A stretch of DNA of 64,000 bases from Candidatus Latescibacterota bacterium (GCA_965219995.1 CBDCOX010000002.1:608001-672000), one strand, 5' to 3'. Shown: positions 1-10,851, counted from the stretch's first letter. A program made the numbers and translations. The notes: generated by a model not told the origin, from the sequence alone.

Positions 1-1448
1 ACGAACCGCTGAGCGCAGCCGTAGCTGTCGCCCGCTTCGCCCTCGACATAGGGAAACGGGCCGTGGAGATCCGCACGGACGATGCCGTCGTTTCGTGCGG
101 GGCCGCGGCGCTGCATTTCGCCCATCACCAGGGGCAGATTGTGGGCTTCGCCAAGGGCGCCCAGGCGAAGAACTTCGGTTGTGTCCGGGAGCCTCTCGAG
201 CGCGTAACCGGAATCGCAGGCAAAGGTCTCTCCGAGGGCGTGCAGCGAAAACTGGTTGCGGTCGGCCTGCCGGTGCCCGCCCGCCGGGAACACGTCACAC
301 AGAAACGAAAGAAAGAAATCGTCGGATTTCCATCCCGACCGGACGTCCACAAGCCCCCGGTTTCGGAAGTGTTTCGCGGCCGGCAGATTCAGGCCGTCGG
401 GGGGAACGGCCGCCACGGACGGGTCGATATACAGGAGGTACCGGTTGACCGTATCGCTCCAGAAGTTGTCCGGCGGCCTCCAGGTTCCGCCGTCGTCCGG
501 CGGTTTGTCGATACTCTTCCAGAGCCACTGGGCGAGCCCGTTGTTCTGCTGTGCGGCCACGAGGGACAGCCACTCGACGTGGAACTGGTCGCCGCAGTCG
601 TTGAGCGGATTGGGCCTTCCCGTGGCCGGTATGAGTTCGTACGCCAGACCCTCCGCGATCCTCGCCCATCCGCCGTGGTCCACGAGGTCCCTGTCTCCGC
701 AGACGGCCAACGCCAGCGCGAACGGTGCGAGAAACTGCAACGTGGCACTGCCGTACGCGGGGCCTTCGTAGAAAGCGCCCTGGCCGTCGTGTCCCTTTTC
801 GAGAAAGAGCAAGCACCGCTTCTTGCCGGCCTCGAGCGCCCGGTTGAAACGGGATTCGTCCAGTACGCCGTAATTCCGCAATACCATTCCGAGCAGGCCC
901 AGACCGATGAGTCCGATCGCGGCCATGTTCCAGTCGGGCCGCGTCTCCTCCGGGTCCGGCGGTGTCTCGAGCAGGTAGTCGATAAACGGCAGGCAATAGG
1001 CCCCGATTTCCCGGCGTTCCGCGTCGGTCAGCTCGCTGTGGAGAAGGTCCATGCCGATGGCGAGCATCGTGGAGCTGGCGCCGGCATCCAGACAATTGTC
1101 CCGCCATGTCCGGTACGGCCGCCCGTAGTTGGTGCCGCCGCAGTTTTCGACGATGCGGTGTTTCACGATGGTCCGAAGGATGTCGCAGGCGGTCGCCGCG
1201 TATTTCCTGTCCAGTACGACGCCGCCGACAGCCAGATTTTCAATCGATTTGGGAAGCAGGCGGCCGCCGGGCCGGGTCAACCAGAAGTCCGAACGGCGTT
1301 CCTTATAGTCGATAAATCCCGGCGAATCCGGTTTCACGCAGTCTTCGCAGGTCTGTCGGAGGTTTCGTTTCAACGAGCGGACGACGGGGCTCGCGTCAAC
1401 GCGGCGGTTCTCCAGGATGGGCCGAAAAAGTGATTCCGGTAACTTCAT
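1..1448 (-). CDS. Heparinase II/III-like polysaccharide lyase (3' end runs off the window)
   Basis: Manual translation from ATG 1448 (MKLPESLFRPIL...). Contains YEGPAYG, RSGW, GGHRQADRNQFSL and DSGY motifs typical of Hepar_II_III proteins. Absent from the ORF track because it is open at the edge. Confidence 0.7.
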   Translation of the reverse strand, partial: MKLPESLFRPILENRRVDASPVVRSLKRNLRQTCEDCVKPDSPGFIDYKERRSDFWLTRPGGRLLPKSIENLAVGGVVLDRKYAATACDILRTIVKHRIVENCGGTNYGRPYRTWRDNCLDAGASSTMLAIGMDLLHSELTDAERREIGAYCLPFIDYLLETPPDPEETRPDWNMAAIGLIGLGLLGMVLRNYGVLDESRFNRALEAGKKRCLLFLEKGHDGQGAFYEGPAYGSATLQFLAPFALALAVCGDRDLVDHGGWARIAEGLAYELIPATGRPNPLNDCGDQFHVEWLSLVAAQQNNGLAQWLWKSIDKPPDDGGTWRPPDNFWSDTVNRYLLYIDPSVAAVPPDGLNLPAAKHFRNRGLVDVRSGWKSDDFFLSFLCDVFPAGGHRQADRNQFSLHALGETFACDSGYALERLPDTTEVLRLGALGEAHNLPLVMGEMQRRGPARNDGIVRADLHGPFPYVEGEAGDSYGCAQRF

Positions 1449-1494
1449 AGCTGTTTCTCTCAGCGTTCGGAACGCCGTTATTCAGGCGCCGGGA

Positions 1495-2259
1495 TCAGGT
1501 CCCTTCCAGTTCGGGCGGCATGAAGATTTCCCTTCGCCTGCCGTCGCTGTACCCTTCCACGTCGCTGAGGACCACGCCCGGGCTCGCGAGCGCCGCCCTG
1601 ACGATCTGGCGGTTGAAGGTATGTACGTAGTCTGACGACAGGTATTCTTCAACGGGCATCCAGAGACATTCTTCGATTTCTTCGGGTTGAAGGACAATGT
1701 CGTACGTGAGCGGCTTGAGGCGGCAGACGAAATAGATGTCGGACTTGTCGTGGCGGTAGCCGTGCCAGTGGCGGAAACAGACCATGGCTTCGAATGTCGT
1801 CCGGACACCGGTCTCTTCCAGGATTTCACGGACGACGGCCTCGGCCAGGTGTTCGCCCGGATGCAGCGCGCCCCCGGGCAGCTTGTAGTAAGGCCTGCTG
1901 CTCCCGCGGTGTTTTTCGCAGACGACGAGGACCTCATCGTCTTCGCTGACCACCACCCCGCCCGCGCCTATATAGTGGGTGGCGAAACCGGGGATGAACG
2001 CGTCCTCGACCAGCGGGCGGGTCAACATGAGATAGGTCTCGCCGCTGTGGTGAAACGAGAATCCCGCCTGCACCGCGACGGGAATGAACTCCGATCTGCT
2101 TATGGGAACCTCCAGCCACACAAGCTGGTGACCTCTCTTCTTCCAGATTTCCAGGGACATTGAGAGGCGATGACTGAACGTCTTCCCGGCTGAGGGAAGG
2201 CTTTCAGGGTTGATGACAATGCCGTTGAAGGCATTGGTGGTATGTTCGAGGAGTTCCAT
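1495..2259 (-). CDS. Nudix hydrolase with pre-Nudix N-terminal domain (NUDT6/AtNUDT2-like)
   Basis: Nudix box GGALHPGEHLAEAVVREILEETGV; N-terminal segment VWLEVP..GFSFHH..YLML..P.FATHYIGAGG. Confidence 0.85.
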   Translation of the reverse strand: MELLEHTTNAFNGIVINPESLPSAGKTFSHRLSMSLEIWKKRGHQLVWLEVPISRSEFIPVAVQAGFSFHHSGETYLMLTRPLVEDAFIPGFATHYIGAGGVVVSEDDEVLVVCEKHRGSSRPYYKLPGGALHPGEHLAEAVVREILEETGVRTTFEAMVCFRHWHGYRHDKSDIYFVCRLKPLTYDIVLQPEEIEECLWMPVEEYLSSDYVHTFNRQIVRAALASPGVVLSDVEGYSDGRRREIFMPPELEGT

Positions 2260-2474
2260 CGTAGGGATCCCCCGGATCCTTGCTGGCGCGGTTGGCGGCG
2301 ACCTGAATGTAAACAGCCCGTCGCCGGTTTACAAGTGGTTTTGATACGGAGAGGTTTTGGCTTGACAGGGTGTGGACGTCGGTTGATATTGACGGGCCTT
2401 TCGGGTTGCGGAAGCGGGATTGCGTTCGCATTTTCGCGTTTGGGTGTGCCGGATCAGCCTCCAGGAGGTGGTGG

Positions 2475-3674
2475 ATGAGCAGCGTCTATGAACGCCTGGG
2501 AATTCGTACCATCATCAACGCGTCCGGGCCGTCCACCCGGTTGAGCGGGTCGATCCTCCCCGCACAGGTGGCGCAGGCCATGGCGGACGCCTCTCAACAC
2601 TGCGTGGATATCGCGGAACTGCAGGCCTGGGCGGGCCGGGCCATTGCCGACATCACGGGCGCCGAGTCCGGATACGTCACGTCGGGCGCCGCAGCGGGCA
2701 TTATGCTGGGCGTGGCGGCGTGTGTGACCGGGCTGGATCCGGGCAGGATGAACCGGCTGCCGGACACCGAGGGCATGAAGGACGAGGTGATCATTCCGCG
2801 CAGCCACCGGAATTTTTATGACCACGCCATCCGGGCGGTGGGCGTGAAGCTTGTCGAGGTGGGAATTTCCGACCGTTATAGCGGCGCGGGGGTCCGGGAT
2901 ACGGAGGCCTGGGAGATCGCCGACGCGATTACCGACCGGACCGCGGCGGTTGCATATGTGATGAACGCGCGGGCGCGCCCGGACCTGGCGGACGTCGTGA
3001 AAGCAGCCCACGACCGGGGTGTGCCGGTCGTGGTGGACGCCGCCGGACAGCTTCCGCCGCAGTCGAACCTCCAGCGCTTTGTCGATGCCGGGGCGGACGT
3101 GGTCTGTTTCAGCGGGGGAAAGACCATCCGCGGGCCGCAGAGTTCGGGGATTCTATGCGGACGGAAAGACGTCGTATCGGCTGTCGCGTTGCAGCACCTG
3201 GACCAGGACGTGTTTTACGACCTCTGGAATCCGCCTCCCTCGCTGATCGATAAGAGCCGCCTGCCGGGCGCGCCCCAGCACGGGCTCGGGCGACCGTGCA
3301 AGGTGGGCAAGGAGGAGATCGTGGGGCTCATAACGGCGCTCAGGCTGTTCGTCGACGAGGGAGACGAGGCGCGCCACGCCCGATGGTCGGCCGTAATACG
3401 AAGCCTCGCGCATGCACTGGAAACATTGCCGAATGTACGGGTAACCGCGACAATCGATTCCGGCCGGCCGGTGCCCGGCTTGCGGCTTGAGATCGACGAA
3501 GCGGCCGCAGGTATTTCCGGTCTGGAACTTGCACGGCGCCTGATCGAGGGCGAGCCGGGCATTCACTGCAATACGGCTGAAGTGTACGAGGGTGTGTTGG
3601 GGTTCGGTCCCATGTGTCTGCGGGAAGGCGACGTCGAGGCCATCGGCAAGAGACTCGGAGAATTGCTGGCCTGA
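2475..3674 (+). CDS. SelA-like PLP-dependent enzyme (DgaE/SelA-related family)
   Basis: IINASG, VTSGAAAG, VDAAG, FSGGK(PLP Lys)..GPQSSG, GRPCKVGKEEI; RBS AGGAGG at 2463. Confidence 0.8.
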   Translation: MSSVYERLGIRTIINASGPSTRLSGSILPAQVAQAMADASQHCVDIAELQAWAGRAIADITGAESGYVTSGAAAGIMLGVAACVTGLDPGRMNRLPDTEGMKDEVIIPRSHRNFYDHAIRAVGVKLVEVGISDRYSGAGVRDTEAWEIADAITDRTAAVAYVMNARARPDLADVVKAAHDRGVPVVVDAAGQLPPQSNLQRFVDAGADVVCFSGGKTIRGPQSSGILCGRKDVVSAVALQHLDQDVFYDLWNPPPSLIDKSRLPGAPQHGLGRPCKVGKEEIVGLITALRLFVDEGDEARHARWSAVIRSLAHALETLPNVRVTATIDSGRPVPGLRLEIDEAAAGISGLELARRLIEGEPGIHCNTAEVYEGVLGFGPMCLREGDVEAIGKRLGELLA

Positions 3675-3779
3675 TCGGGCGACGGGCCGGGTGTCGGACG
3701 CGGATTCACGCGCCGGCGCGCGCAATGACGGGCGATCGGGCCGATTGGCGGATTCAGACCAATTTCGGGAGATTCGGCG

Positions 3780-5126
3780 ATGAACGTGGTTTGGGATGCA
3801 TCGGGGCGGGAGGCGGTGGGCTGGCTTCGCAGGCTGCTCAGATTCGACACCACGAACCCGCCGGGAAACGAACTGCCCCTGGTGCGGGACATTGCCGGAG
3901 CGCTGGCCGCTGAGGGGCTCGCGCCGTGTGTCCTGGAATCGGCGCCGGGGCGGGGGAACCTGGTCGTACGTCTGGAGGGCGATGGATCCGAACGCCCGCT
4001 GTTGCTGCTTTCACATATCGACGTGGTTCCCGCGGAGCCTGCGAAATGGACACGGGACCCGTTCGGCGGTACGGTGGATGCGGGCTATGTGTGGGGACGC
4101 GGTGCGATCGATTCCAAGCTGACGACGGCCGTGGGACTGCAGGTCCTCCTGATGTGCCGGCGCCTGGGTCTCGCGCTGAAGCGGGACCTGGTTCTGGTGG
4201 CGGCCGCGGACGAGGAACTCGGGGGGGTGCACGGGGTACGCTGGCTTGCGGCAAACCACCCGGAGGTGTTCGACGCCGAGTACGGCATCAACGAGGGCGG
4301 CGGATTCGCGCTGATGATCGACGGGCGGCCGGTTTATACGTGTCAGGTGGCCGAAAAAGGAAGCGCCGAGGTGAATCTGGTGGCGCGCGGGCAGCCGGGA
4401 CACAGTTCCGTGCCTCACGGCGACAACTCGGTTTTCCATTTGGCCGGGGCCCTCGAGAGAATGCGCGGCGAGAAGATGCCGCACCGGGTAACGGCCGGGG
4501 TCCGGGCGTTCTTCGAAGGCGCCGCAGCCGCGCAGGTCCGGAGCGAGGTCGCGGACCTGCTTCTGGACGTGCTGGATCCTGAGCGCTGCGACAGGGCGTT
4601 GTCAGCCTTGCCGGTTGACGAGCCCACCCGGTTGATGTTCGACGCCATGGTGCGCAATACGTGCGCGCCGACCATTCTCGAGGCCGGCGTGAAACGCAAC
4701 GTGATTCCCTCCGAAGCCGTCGCGCGGTTGAGCGGCAGGCCGCTGCCGGGTGTGGACAAGGCGGAATTTGACCGTGAAGTTCGCGCCCTTGCGGGCGAGG
4801 GCGTCGCGTTCGAGTTGGAAAAAACCTTCAGGCCCGGCACGGAATTCGACCATCGCACACCCCTTCTGAACGCCATCGAGGCGTCGGTCGCCCGGTTCGA
4901 TCCCGATGCAGCCGTGGTCCCCTACATGCAGACGGGCGGAACGGACGCTCGGTTTCTTCGGGACCGCGACATCCACATCTACGGATTCATACCCATGCGG
5001 CACGAAGCCGGCGAGGCCTATTTCGAACTGTGCCACGGCCACGACGAACGGGTCTCCGTCGCGAATGTGCAGTTCGGGGTGCAGGTGCTGTTCGACGTCG
5101 TGTGCAGGTTGAACGGAATCGCATAG
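3780..5126 (+). CDS. M20/M25/M40 family metallohydrolase
   Basis: SHIDVVP, GRGAID, ADEE, NEGG, GGTDAR, HGHDER motifs. Confidence 0.9.
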   Translation: MNVVWDASGREAVGWLRRLLRFDTTNPPGNELPLVRDIAGALAAEGLAPCVLESAPGRGNLVVRLEGDGSERPLLLLSHIDVVPAEPAKWTRDPFGGTVDAGYVWGRGAIDSKLTTAVGLQVLLMCRRLGLALKRDLVLVAAADEELGGVHGVRWLAANHPEVFDAEYGINEGGGFALMIDGRPVYTCQVAEKGSAEVNLVARGQPGHSSVPHGDNSVFHLAGALERMRGEKMPHRVTAGVRAFFEGAAAAQVRSEVADLLLDVLDPERCDRALSALPVDEPTRLMFDAMVRNTCAPTILEAGVKRNVIPSEAVARLSGRPLPGVDKAEFDREVRALAGEGVAFELEKTFRPGTEFDHRTPLLNAIEASVARFDPDAAVVPYMQTGGTDARFLRDRDIHIYGFIPMRHEAGEAYFELCHGHDERVSVANVQFGVQVLFDVVCRLNGIA

Positions 5127-5150
5127 CGGGCGGTTGTTGTCACGCCCGGT

Positions 5151-6047
5151 CTACCGTGCCAGTACGTGCCGAAGCGCGCCGTGCAGTTCGGGATGCTGGA
5201 ATTCATACCCCGATTCCTGAAGCCTGGCGGGCAACACGCGGGTGCTCGACAGCAGCAGGGCATCCGCCATTTCCCCGAAAGCCAGCCGGGCGGCGAAGGC
5301 CGGCATGGGGAAGAGCGTCGGGCGGGAGAGGGCGCTGCCCAGCGTCCTGGTGAATTCCCTGTTGGTGACCGGCGCGGGCGACACCGCATTCACGGGCCCC
5401 TGGAGCGATTCCGCGTTGAGCGCGTGGTTGACGATTCTTACCAGATCGCTCAGCGTAATCCAGCTCATATACTGATCTCCGCTGCCGATCACGCCTCCTG
5501 CGCCCATTTTGAACGGGAACAGCATTTTGGCCAGCGCGCCGCCGTCGGCGCTGAGCACGATTCCGATGCGCAGGTACACCGTACGTATGCCCGCGTCCGC
5601 CGCGGGCCGCGCGGCCTGCTCCCAGGCGAGGCACGTCTCCGCCAGGAAGTCGTCGCCCGGCGCACTCTCCTCGTTGAGGATCTCTTCGCCGCGGTTTCCG
5701 TAGTAACCGACGGCCGACGCGCAGATCAGCACGCCGGGAGGCGTCTGAAGTTCCGCAAGGCCTTGCGCCAGAAGCCGTGTGCCATCCTCCCGGCTGCTGT
5801 GGATTCTGTCTTTCTTTGCGTCGTTCCACCGGCCCGAGGCGATGTTTTCGCCGGCAAGATGAACGACGGCCTGAACGCCTTCGAGGTGGGCGGCGTCGAG
5901 TTCTCCCCTTTCCGGATCCCACCGACGCTCCGTGTCGCCTTGCGGGCTTCCGCGAACCAGCCTGAAGACGCGGTGGCCGCCGGCGTCGAGGTTGGGAATG
6001 AGTGCTGAGCCGACCAGCCCGGACGAACCCGTTACGAGTACGGTCAT
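5151..6047 (-). CDS. TIGR01777/YfcH-like NAD-dependent epimerase family protein
   Basis: TGSSGLVG, HLAGENIA..RW, SAVGYYG, GSGDQYMSWI motifs. Confidence 0.9.
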   Translation of the reverse strand: MTVLVTGSSGLVGSALIPNLDAGGHRVFRLVRGSPQGDTERRWDPERGELDAAHLEGVQAVVHLAGENIASGRWNDAKKDRIHSSREDGTRLLAQGLAELQTPPGVLICASAVGYYGNRGEEILNEESAPGDDFLAETCLAWEQAARPAADAGIRTVYLRIGIVLSADGGALAKMLFPFKMGAGGVIGSGDQYMSWITLSDLVRIVNHALNAESLQGPVNAVSPAPVTNREFTRTLGSALSRPTLFPMPAFAARLAFGEMADALLLSSTRVLPARLQESGYEFQHPELHGALRHVLAR

Positions 6048-6071
6048 GGGATGCCTCCTTGTCTCTTACAG

Positions 6072-6485
6072 TTACAGTCGGTAAAGCATAACATAGATGA
6101 ACACGCCGCTGATGCACACGAACATCCAGACCGGCCACACCCACCGTGCGAGGCGCCGGTGGGCCCTGAACCGCCCGCGCAGCGCAAGCCATACGACCGC
6201 GAGGACAAGCGGCGCGTTCAGACCCGCCAGGACAACGTGCGGAATCAGAATGGCGAAATAGATGCCGCGGGTCCAGTCGTGGTGCGGATAGGGCACCGAA
6301 CCGACCTGGATGTGATAGACAAGGTACGACGTCAGAAACAGCCCCGAGCAGACCAGGGCGAAGAGCATCATCCGCCGGTGCAGCCGGACGTTGGCGCGCC
6401 TGATCTGCACGTAACCCAGCAGCAGAAAGCATGCGCTGACCGCATTGAATATCGCATTGAGGGTTGGCAGATCCTCTACGGCCAT
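6072..6485 (-). CDS. DUF420 family membrane protein
   Basis: LPTLNA..N, HRRMM, FLTSYLVYH, ILIPH..LA, HRRLARW..PVW...SGV. Confidence 0.85.
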   Translation of the reverse strand: MAVEDLPTLNAIFNAVSACFLLLGYVQIRRANVRLHRRMMLFALVCSGLFLTSYLVYHIQVGSVPYPHHDWTRGIYFAILIPHVVLAGLNAPLVLAVVWLALRGRFRAHRRLARWVWPVWMFVCISGVFIYVMLYRL

Positions 6486-6873
6486 CCAGACCACTTATGC
6501 GGGGATGCGCAACGGAGTTGACGTTCTGTCCCGAATCCAGGCAACCGGTTATCGGGACAGGAGACTAAGTGTACTCATTTTTGCCGTTCCTGGCAACCGG
6601 GCGGACAACTGCGGTCGGAGACGCGGCGGTTGTAGCGCCAACGTGGGTCGACGGATCGGGTTGAATGCCTTCCCCTCGCCGGCGCGAATGCACCGGCGCG
6701 AAAGGAAACGCCGCGGGCGGGCTCCCGGAATCGACGGGGACGCCATGAAACGTCGCGGCCCCCGATTCCGGCGATGAGCAGGCCGTCATAACGGGTTGAC
6801 ACAGGGTCGGATTTCGTTTATTTTCGGTTTACACGAACAGAATTAAGCCTGTTTAAAACAGGAGGATAGCGGA

Positions 6874-7077
6874 ATGTCTGCAACGGGCGGCCTGTGGATG
6901 ACACCCGGAGAAATCGAACAGTCCCTGGGGCGCCGGAAATCCAGAGAAGTGTTTGAAGACCTCATCTACGACAGGCGCAAGCGACGAGAGATCCTGGACC
7001 TCCTGATCGAGGCCACGGGCTGCAACGAGTTTTCGGCGGAGGATTTCCTCAGGGAGATCGTCAAAACGCGCCAGTAA
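6874..7077 (+). CDS. Small hypothetical protein (67 aa)
   Basis: Strong RBS AGGAGGA at 6860; upstream TTGACA-17-TATTTT at 6796; helical, charged sequence. Confidence 0.6.
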   Translation: MSATGGLWMTPGEIEQSLGRRKSREVFEDLIYDRRKRREILDLLIEATGCNEFSAEDFLREIVKTRQ

Positions 7078-7211
7078 CGCCGGTTCGAACCCCGAGCCGG
7101 CCGGAAGACGCCATCCGATGAAACGAGTGGACGGCTTGCCGTGTTCCGGAATTGTGATCTGTTGCGGTCCGTTCGCGGCCGTGTCGAATTTTTCGGAAGG
7201 GAATAGCGTCC

Positions 7212-8867
7212 GTGCCCGACGTCATGGAATCCGATTATCTGGTCATTGGCAGCGGTATCGCCGGTCTGTCTTTCGCATTGCGGGCGGCGGAGTCCGCCTC
7301 CGTCGCCGTGATCACGAAGAAGGAGTCCCAGGAGTCGAATACCAATTACGCCCAGGGCGGTATTGCCGCCGTCTTCGATTCGGACGATTCCTTCGCCCAC
7401 CACGCTCGGGATACGCTCGCCGCCGGGGCCGGGCTCTGCCGCAGGGACGTGGTGGAACTCGTGGTTGGACAGGGGCCCCGTATGGTCAGGGAACTGATTG
7501 CCTGGGGCGCCGCGTTTACGATGCAGCAGGGCGGCCGCCGCCTGTCGCTCGGACGGGAGGGAGGGCACGCCAGGCACCGCATTGTCCACGCGGCCGACCT
7601 GACTGGCAGGGAAATCGAGAGAGCGCTCACCGAGGCGGTTGAAACCCATCCGAACATCACGCGTTTCGAACACCATATGGCGGTCGATCTGATTACGGAA
7701 CACCACCTCATCGGCGCCAAAACGGAACCGCGCGGGAGGATTCATTGCTGGGGCGCTTACGTCCTGGATGCGGCGTCGGGCCGGGTCAGGCGGTTTCTGG
7801 CGCGGGTCACGCTGCTGTGTTCAGGGGGCGCCGGACAGGTCTACACGCACACCACCAATCCGGGCATCGCAACCGGCGACGGGATCGCCATGGCGTACAG
7901 GGCGGGCGCGCCGGTAGCGAATCTGGAATTCATGCAGTTCCACCCCACCACACTCTACCATCCGGAGGGTGACTCGTTCCTGATTTCCGAGGCGGTGCGC
8001 GGTCACGGGGGCGTGCTGGTTGACCGGAACGGGCGTTCTTTCATGGATGGATATCACGAGATGGGCGCGCTCGCGCCGCGCGACATCGTTGCCAGGGCGA
8101 TCGACAACGAATTGAAGAAGAGCGGAGCACCCTGCGTGTATCTCGACGTCACCCACGTGCCCGACTCCGAGATTCAGGAGCGTTTTCCCAACATCCACCG
8201 GCGGTGTCTCGCGCTCAATATCGATATCACCCGGCATCCCATCCCGGTTGTGCCCGCGGCCCACTATATGTGTGGAGGCGTGTCCACGGACCTGTGGGGG
8301 CGCACGGGGATCGAAGGGCTCTATGCCTCCGGGGAGGTGGCGCACACGGGCCTGCATGGGGCCAATCGCCTCGCCAGCAACTCCCTTCTCGAAGCACTTG
8401 TGTTTTCGGACCGCGCCCATCAACATGCGTCACGGCGCCTGGACAGAGCAACCGGCTTTCCCGATGTGCCGGACTGGCGTGAAGACGACGTGTTCAACGC
8501 CGAGGAGTGGGTGCTGCTGGCCCACGATCGTTTGGAGGTCCGGCGGCTGATGTGGGACTACGTCGGCATTGTGCGTTCCGACTTCAGGCTCAAGCGGGCG
8601 GCGAGGCGCATCGGCGTCATCGCCCGGGAGGTGGAGGATTTTTACAAGCGGACCAAGGTAACGGAAGCGCTTCTGGAGTTGAGAAACATCACGACCGTGG
8701 CCGCGCTCGCGGTTCGCTGCGCGCTGGAGCGGCGCGAGAGCAGGGGGCTCCATTACAACGTGGACCGCCCCGCGGAAGGCTCGGCACCACCGAAAGATAC
8801 GGTTCTGTCCGTCCGCGAGACCTGGCATGCGTCGGAAATCGACTGGCAGGCGGCCATGAATGTCTAG
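7212..8867 (+). CDS. nadB: L-aspartate oxidase
   Basis: IGSGIAGL, SNTNYAQGGIA, LEFMQFHPT, LISEAVRG, PAAHYMCGG, GLHGANRLASNSLLE, ESRGLHY. Confidence 0.95.
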   Translation: MPDVMESDYLVIGSGIAGLSFALRAAESASVAVITKKESQESNTNYAQGGIAAVFDSDDSFAHHARDTLAAGAGLCRRDVVELVVGQGPRMVRELIAWGAAFTMQQGGRRLSLGREGGHARHRIVHAADLTGREIERALTEAVETHPNITRFEHHMAVDLITEHHLIGAKTEPRGRIHCWGAYVLDAASGRVRRFLARVTLLCSGGAGQVYTHTTNPGIATGDGIAMAYRAGAPVANLEFMQFHPTTLYHPEGDSFLISEAVRGHGGVLVDRNGRSFMDGYHEMGALAPRDIVARAIDNELKKSGAPCVYLDVTHVPDSEIQERFPNIHRRCLALNIDITRHPIPVVPAAHYMCGGVSTDLWGRTGIEGLYASGEVAHTGLHGANRLASNSLLEALVFSDRAHQHASRRLDRATGFPDVPDWREDDVFNAEEWVLLAHDRLEVRRLMWDYVGIVRSDFRLKRAARRIGVIAREVEDFYKRTKVTEALLELRNITTVAALAVRCALERRESRGLHYNVDRPAEGSAPPKDTVLSVRETWHASEIDWQAAMNV

Positions 8868-8948
8868 TGCCCGTCCCGAAAGCATCTCACCGTTCAGCCG
8901 GCAGATCACCGCGACGGAACGTTCCAGCCGGGCCGAAGAGGAGTATGC

Positions 8949-10748
8949 ATGCAAAACGGCATCGCCGTTCTGGATTTCGGGGGGCAATACGCCCATCTGA
9001 TCGCCAATCGGATCCGCCGGTTGCAGGTCTATTCGGAAGTCTTCCGGCCCGACGTGGACACGTCCGCGGTCGACGGGTTCGCGGGTCTGATTCTGTCGGG
9101 GGGCCCCGCCAGTGTCTACGATCCGGACCAGCCGGCGTTCAATTCCGCTCACCTGCGTTCCGGGCTGCCCGTCCTCGGGCTCTGTTACGGCCACCAGTTG
9201 GTCTGCCAGGAACTGGGCGGCGAAGTTGTCCGCGGAAAGATCCGCGAGTACGGTTCGGCGGAACTGCGCATTCGATCAAGCACCGGACTCTTTGCGGGCA
9301 TGACGCCGTCCCAGGTGGTGTGGATGAGCCACGGTGACGCGGCCAGCCGCCTGCCCGAGGGGTTCGAGGTGCTGGGTTCCACGGACGACTGTGCAACGGC
9401 CGCTGTCGGCGACGTTCGGCGAAACCTGTACGGACTGCAATTCCACCCTGAGGTTGCGCACACGGTCCGCGGAATGGATATCCTGGACAATTTCCTGGAT
9501 ATCTGCGCCGCGCCGCGTACCTGGACCATGGCCGGCTACGCGGAAACGGCGATGGGAGAGATTCGGGAACAGGTTGGGCGAAAACGCGTATTTCTGCTGG
9601 TTTCGGGTGGGGTGGACTCGAGTGTGGCTTTCGCGTTGTTCAACCGCGCTCTCGGTCCGGAACGGGTGCTGGGGCTGCATATCAACAACGGTTTCATGAG
9701 GAGGGAAGAGTCCGCCCGCGTGGCCTGCGCGCTGCGGGATGAGGGATTCGAAAACCTGATTGTGGAGGATGCTTCGGAGGATTTTCTGCTCAGTGTTGAG
9801 GGGTTGGTGGAGCCGGAGCAGAAACGGCTGGCCGTTGGCCGGGCCTTTCTCAACGTCAAGGATCGCGTGCTGGACCGGATGGACCTGGATTCGGATGGCT
9901 GGCTGCTGGGGCAGGGAACGCTCTATCCGGATACGATCGAGTCCGGCGGTACGGAACATTCAACGGTGATCAAAACGCACCACAACCGGGTGGACGTGGT
10001 GGAGGAACTGATCGCCCGCGGACTGGTCATTGAGCCGCTGGCGCATCTGTACAAAGACGAGGTGCGCGAACTCGGGGTCGCCCTCGGGCTGTCGCCGTAC
10101 CTGGTCTGGCGCCAGCCATTTCCCGGTCCCGGACTGTCTGTGCGCTGCCTCTGCTCCCGGGGCGACAGCGCCGGTACGCCGAACGCCCGCGTCGAGAAAG
10201 CCGCCCGCGAAATCGCCGCCCGCGCCGGATTCGGGCTTCGCGTCCTCCCGCTCCGGAGCGTGGGCGTCCAGGGAGACTTCCGTACCTATGCGCACCCGGC
10301 GGTTGTCTGGGGAGGTGCGGATTGGGGGACATTGGAGGAAGTATCCACCCGCATCACGAATTCCATCCAGGAGATCAACCGGGTGGTCTATCTGCTGGCG
10401 CCATCGTCGCTTCCCGAACTGAAGCTGAAACGGGCTTTCCTGACGCGGTCCCGCCTGGATCTGCTCCGAGACGTGGATGCGCTCGCGATGGCTGCGCTCG
10501 AGCGCGCGGACCTGTCGAAAACGGTGTCTCAGATGCCCACCGTCCTGTTGCCGCTGACGTCCGACGGCTTCGCGGAAACCGTGGTCTTGAGACCCGTGGA
10601 GACGCCGGACTTCATGACGGCCCGGTTCTGCGCGCTTCCCTTCGATTTCGTACGAAGACTCGCGGGTGAGATTCTGTCTGAAGAAGGTATCGAGGCGGTA
10701 TTTTACGATGTGACGCACAAACCCCCGGGTACGGTCGAGTGGGAGTAG
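8949..10748 (+). CDS. guaA: GMP synthase (glutamine-hydrolysing), long 599-aa form
   Basis: LDFGGQY, GLCYGHQ, QFHPEV, SGGVDS, QGTLYPDTIES, IKTHHN, PFPGPGL, KPPGTVEWE. Confidence 0.95.
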   Translation: MQNGIAVLDFGGQYAHLIANRIRRLQVYSEVFRPDVDTSAVDGFAGLILSGGPASVYDPDQPAFNSAHLRSGLPVLGLCYGHQLVCQELGGEVVRGKIREYGSAELRIRSSTGLFAGMTPSQVVWMSHGDAASRLPEGFEVLGSTDDCATAAVGDVRRNLYGLQFHPEVAHTVRGMDILDNFLDICAAPRTWTMAGYAETAMGEIREQVGRKRVFLLVSGGVDSSVAFALFNRALGPERVLGLHINNGFMRREESARVACALRDEGFENLIVEDASEDFLLSVEGLVEPEQKRLAVGRAFLNVKDRVLDRMDLDSDGWLLGQGTLYPDTIESGGTEHSTVIKTHHNRVDVVEELIARGLVIEPLAHLYKDEVRELGVALGLSPYLVWRQPFPGPGLSVRCLCSRGDSAGTPNARVEKAAREIAARAGFGLRVLPLRSVGVQGDFRTYAHPAVVWGGADWGTLEEVSTRITNSIQEINRVVYLLAPSSLPELKLKRAFLTRSRLDLLRDVDALAMAALERADLSKTVSQMPTVLLPLTSDGFAETVVLRPVETPDFMTARFCALPFDFVRRLAGEILSEEGIEAVFYDVTHKPPGTVEWE

Positions 10749-10851
10749 AAACGAAATCCCGCAGCGACGGTCCCCGGACGACGTATCCAACTGTCGCCGC
10801 GTCCGGGTCTGTTGCGGGGCGGCAGTTCAATCCGACGTGGAGGAGGAAACC

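Noticed and set aside
63-1433. 456-aa plus-strand ORF and many other long antisense ORFs (e.g. 18187-19689, 46004-47740, 49751-51709)
   Set aside because: Shadows of real genes on the opposite strand in high-GC DNA, with no recognisable motifs
2475-3674. True selenocysteine synthase selA
   Set aside because: Shorter SelA-like form, with no selB, selC or selD nearby
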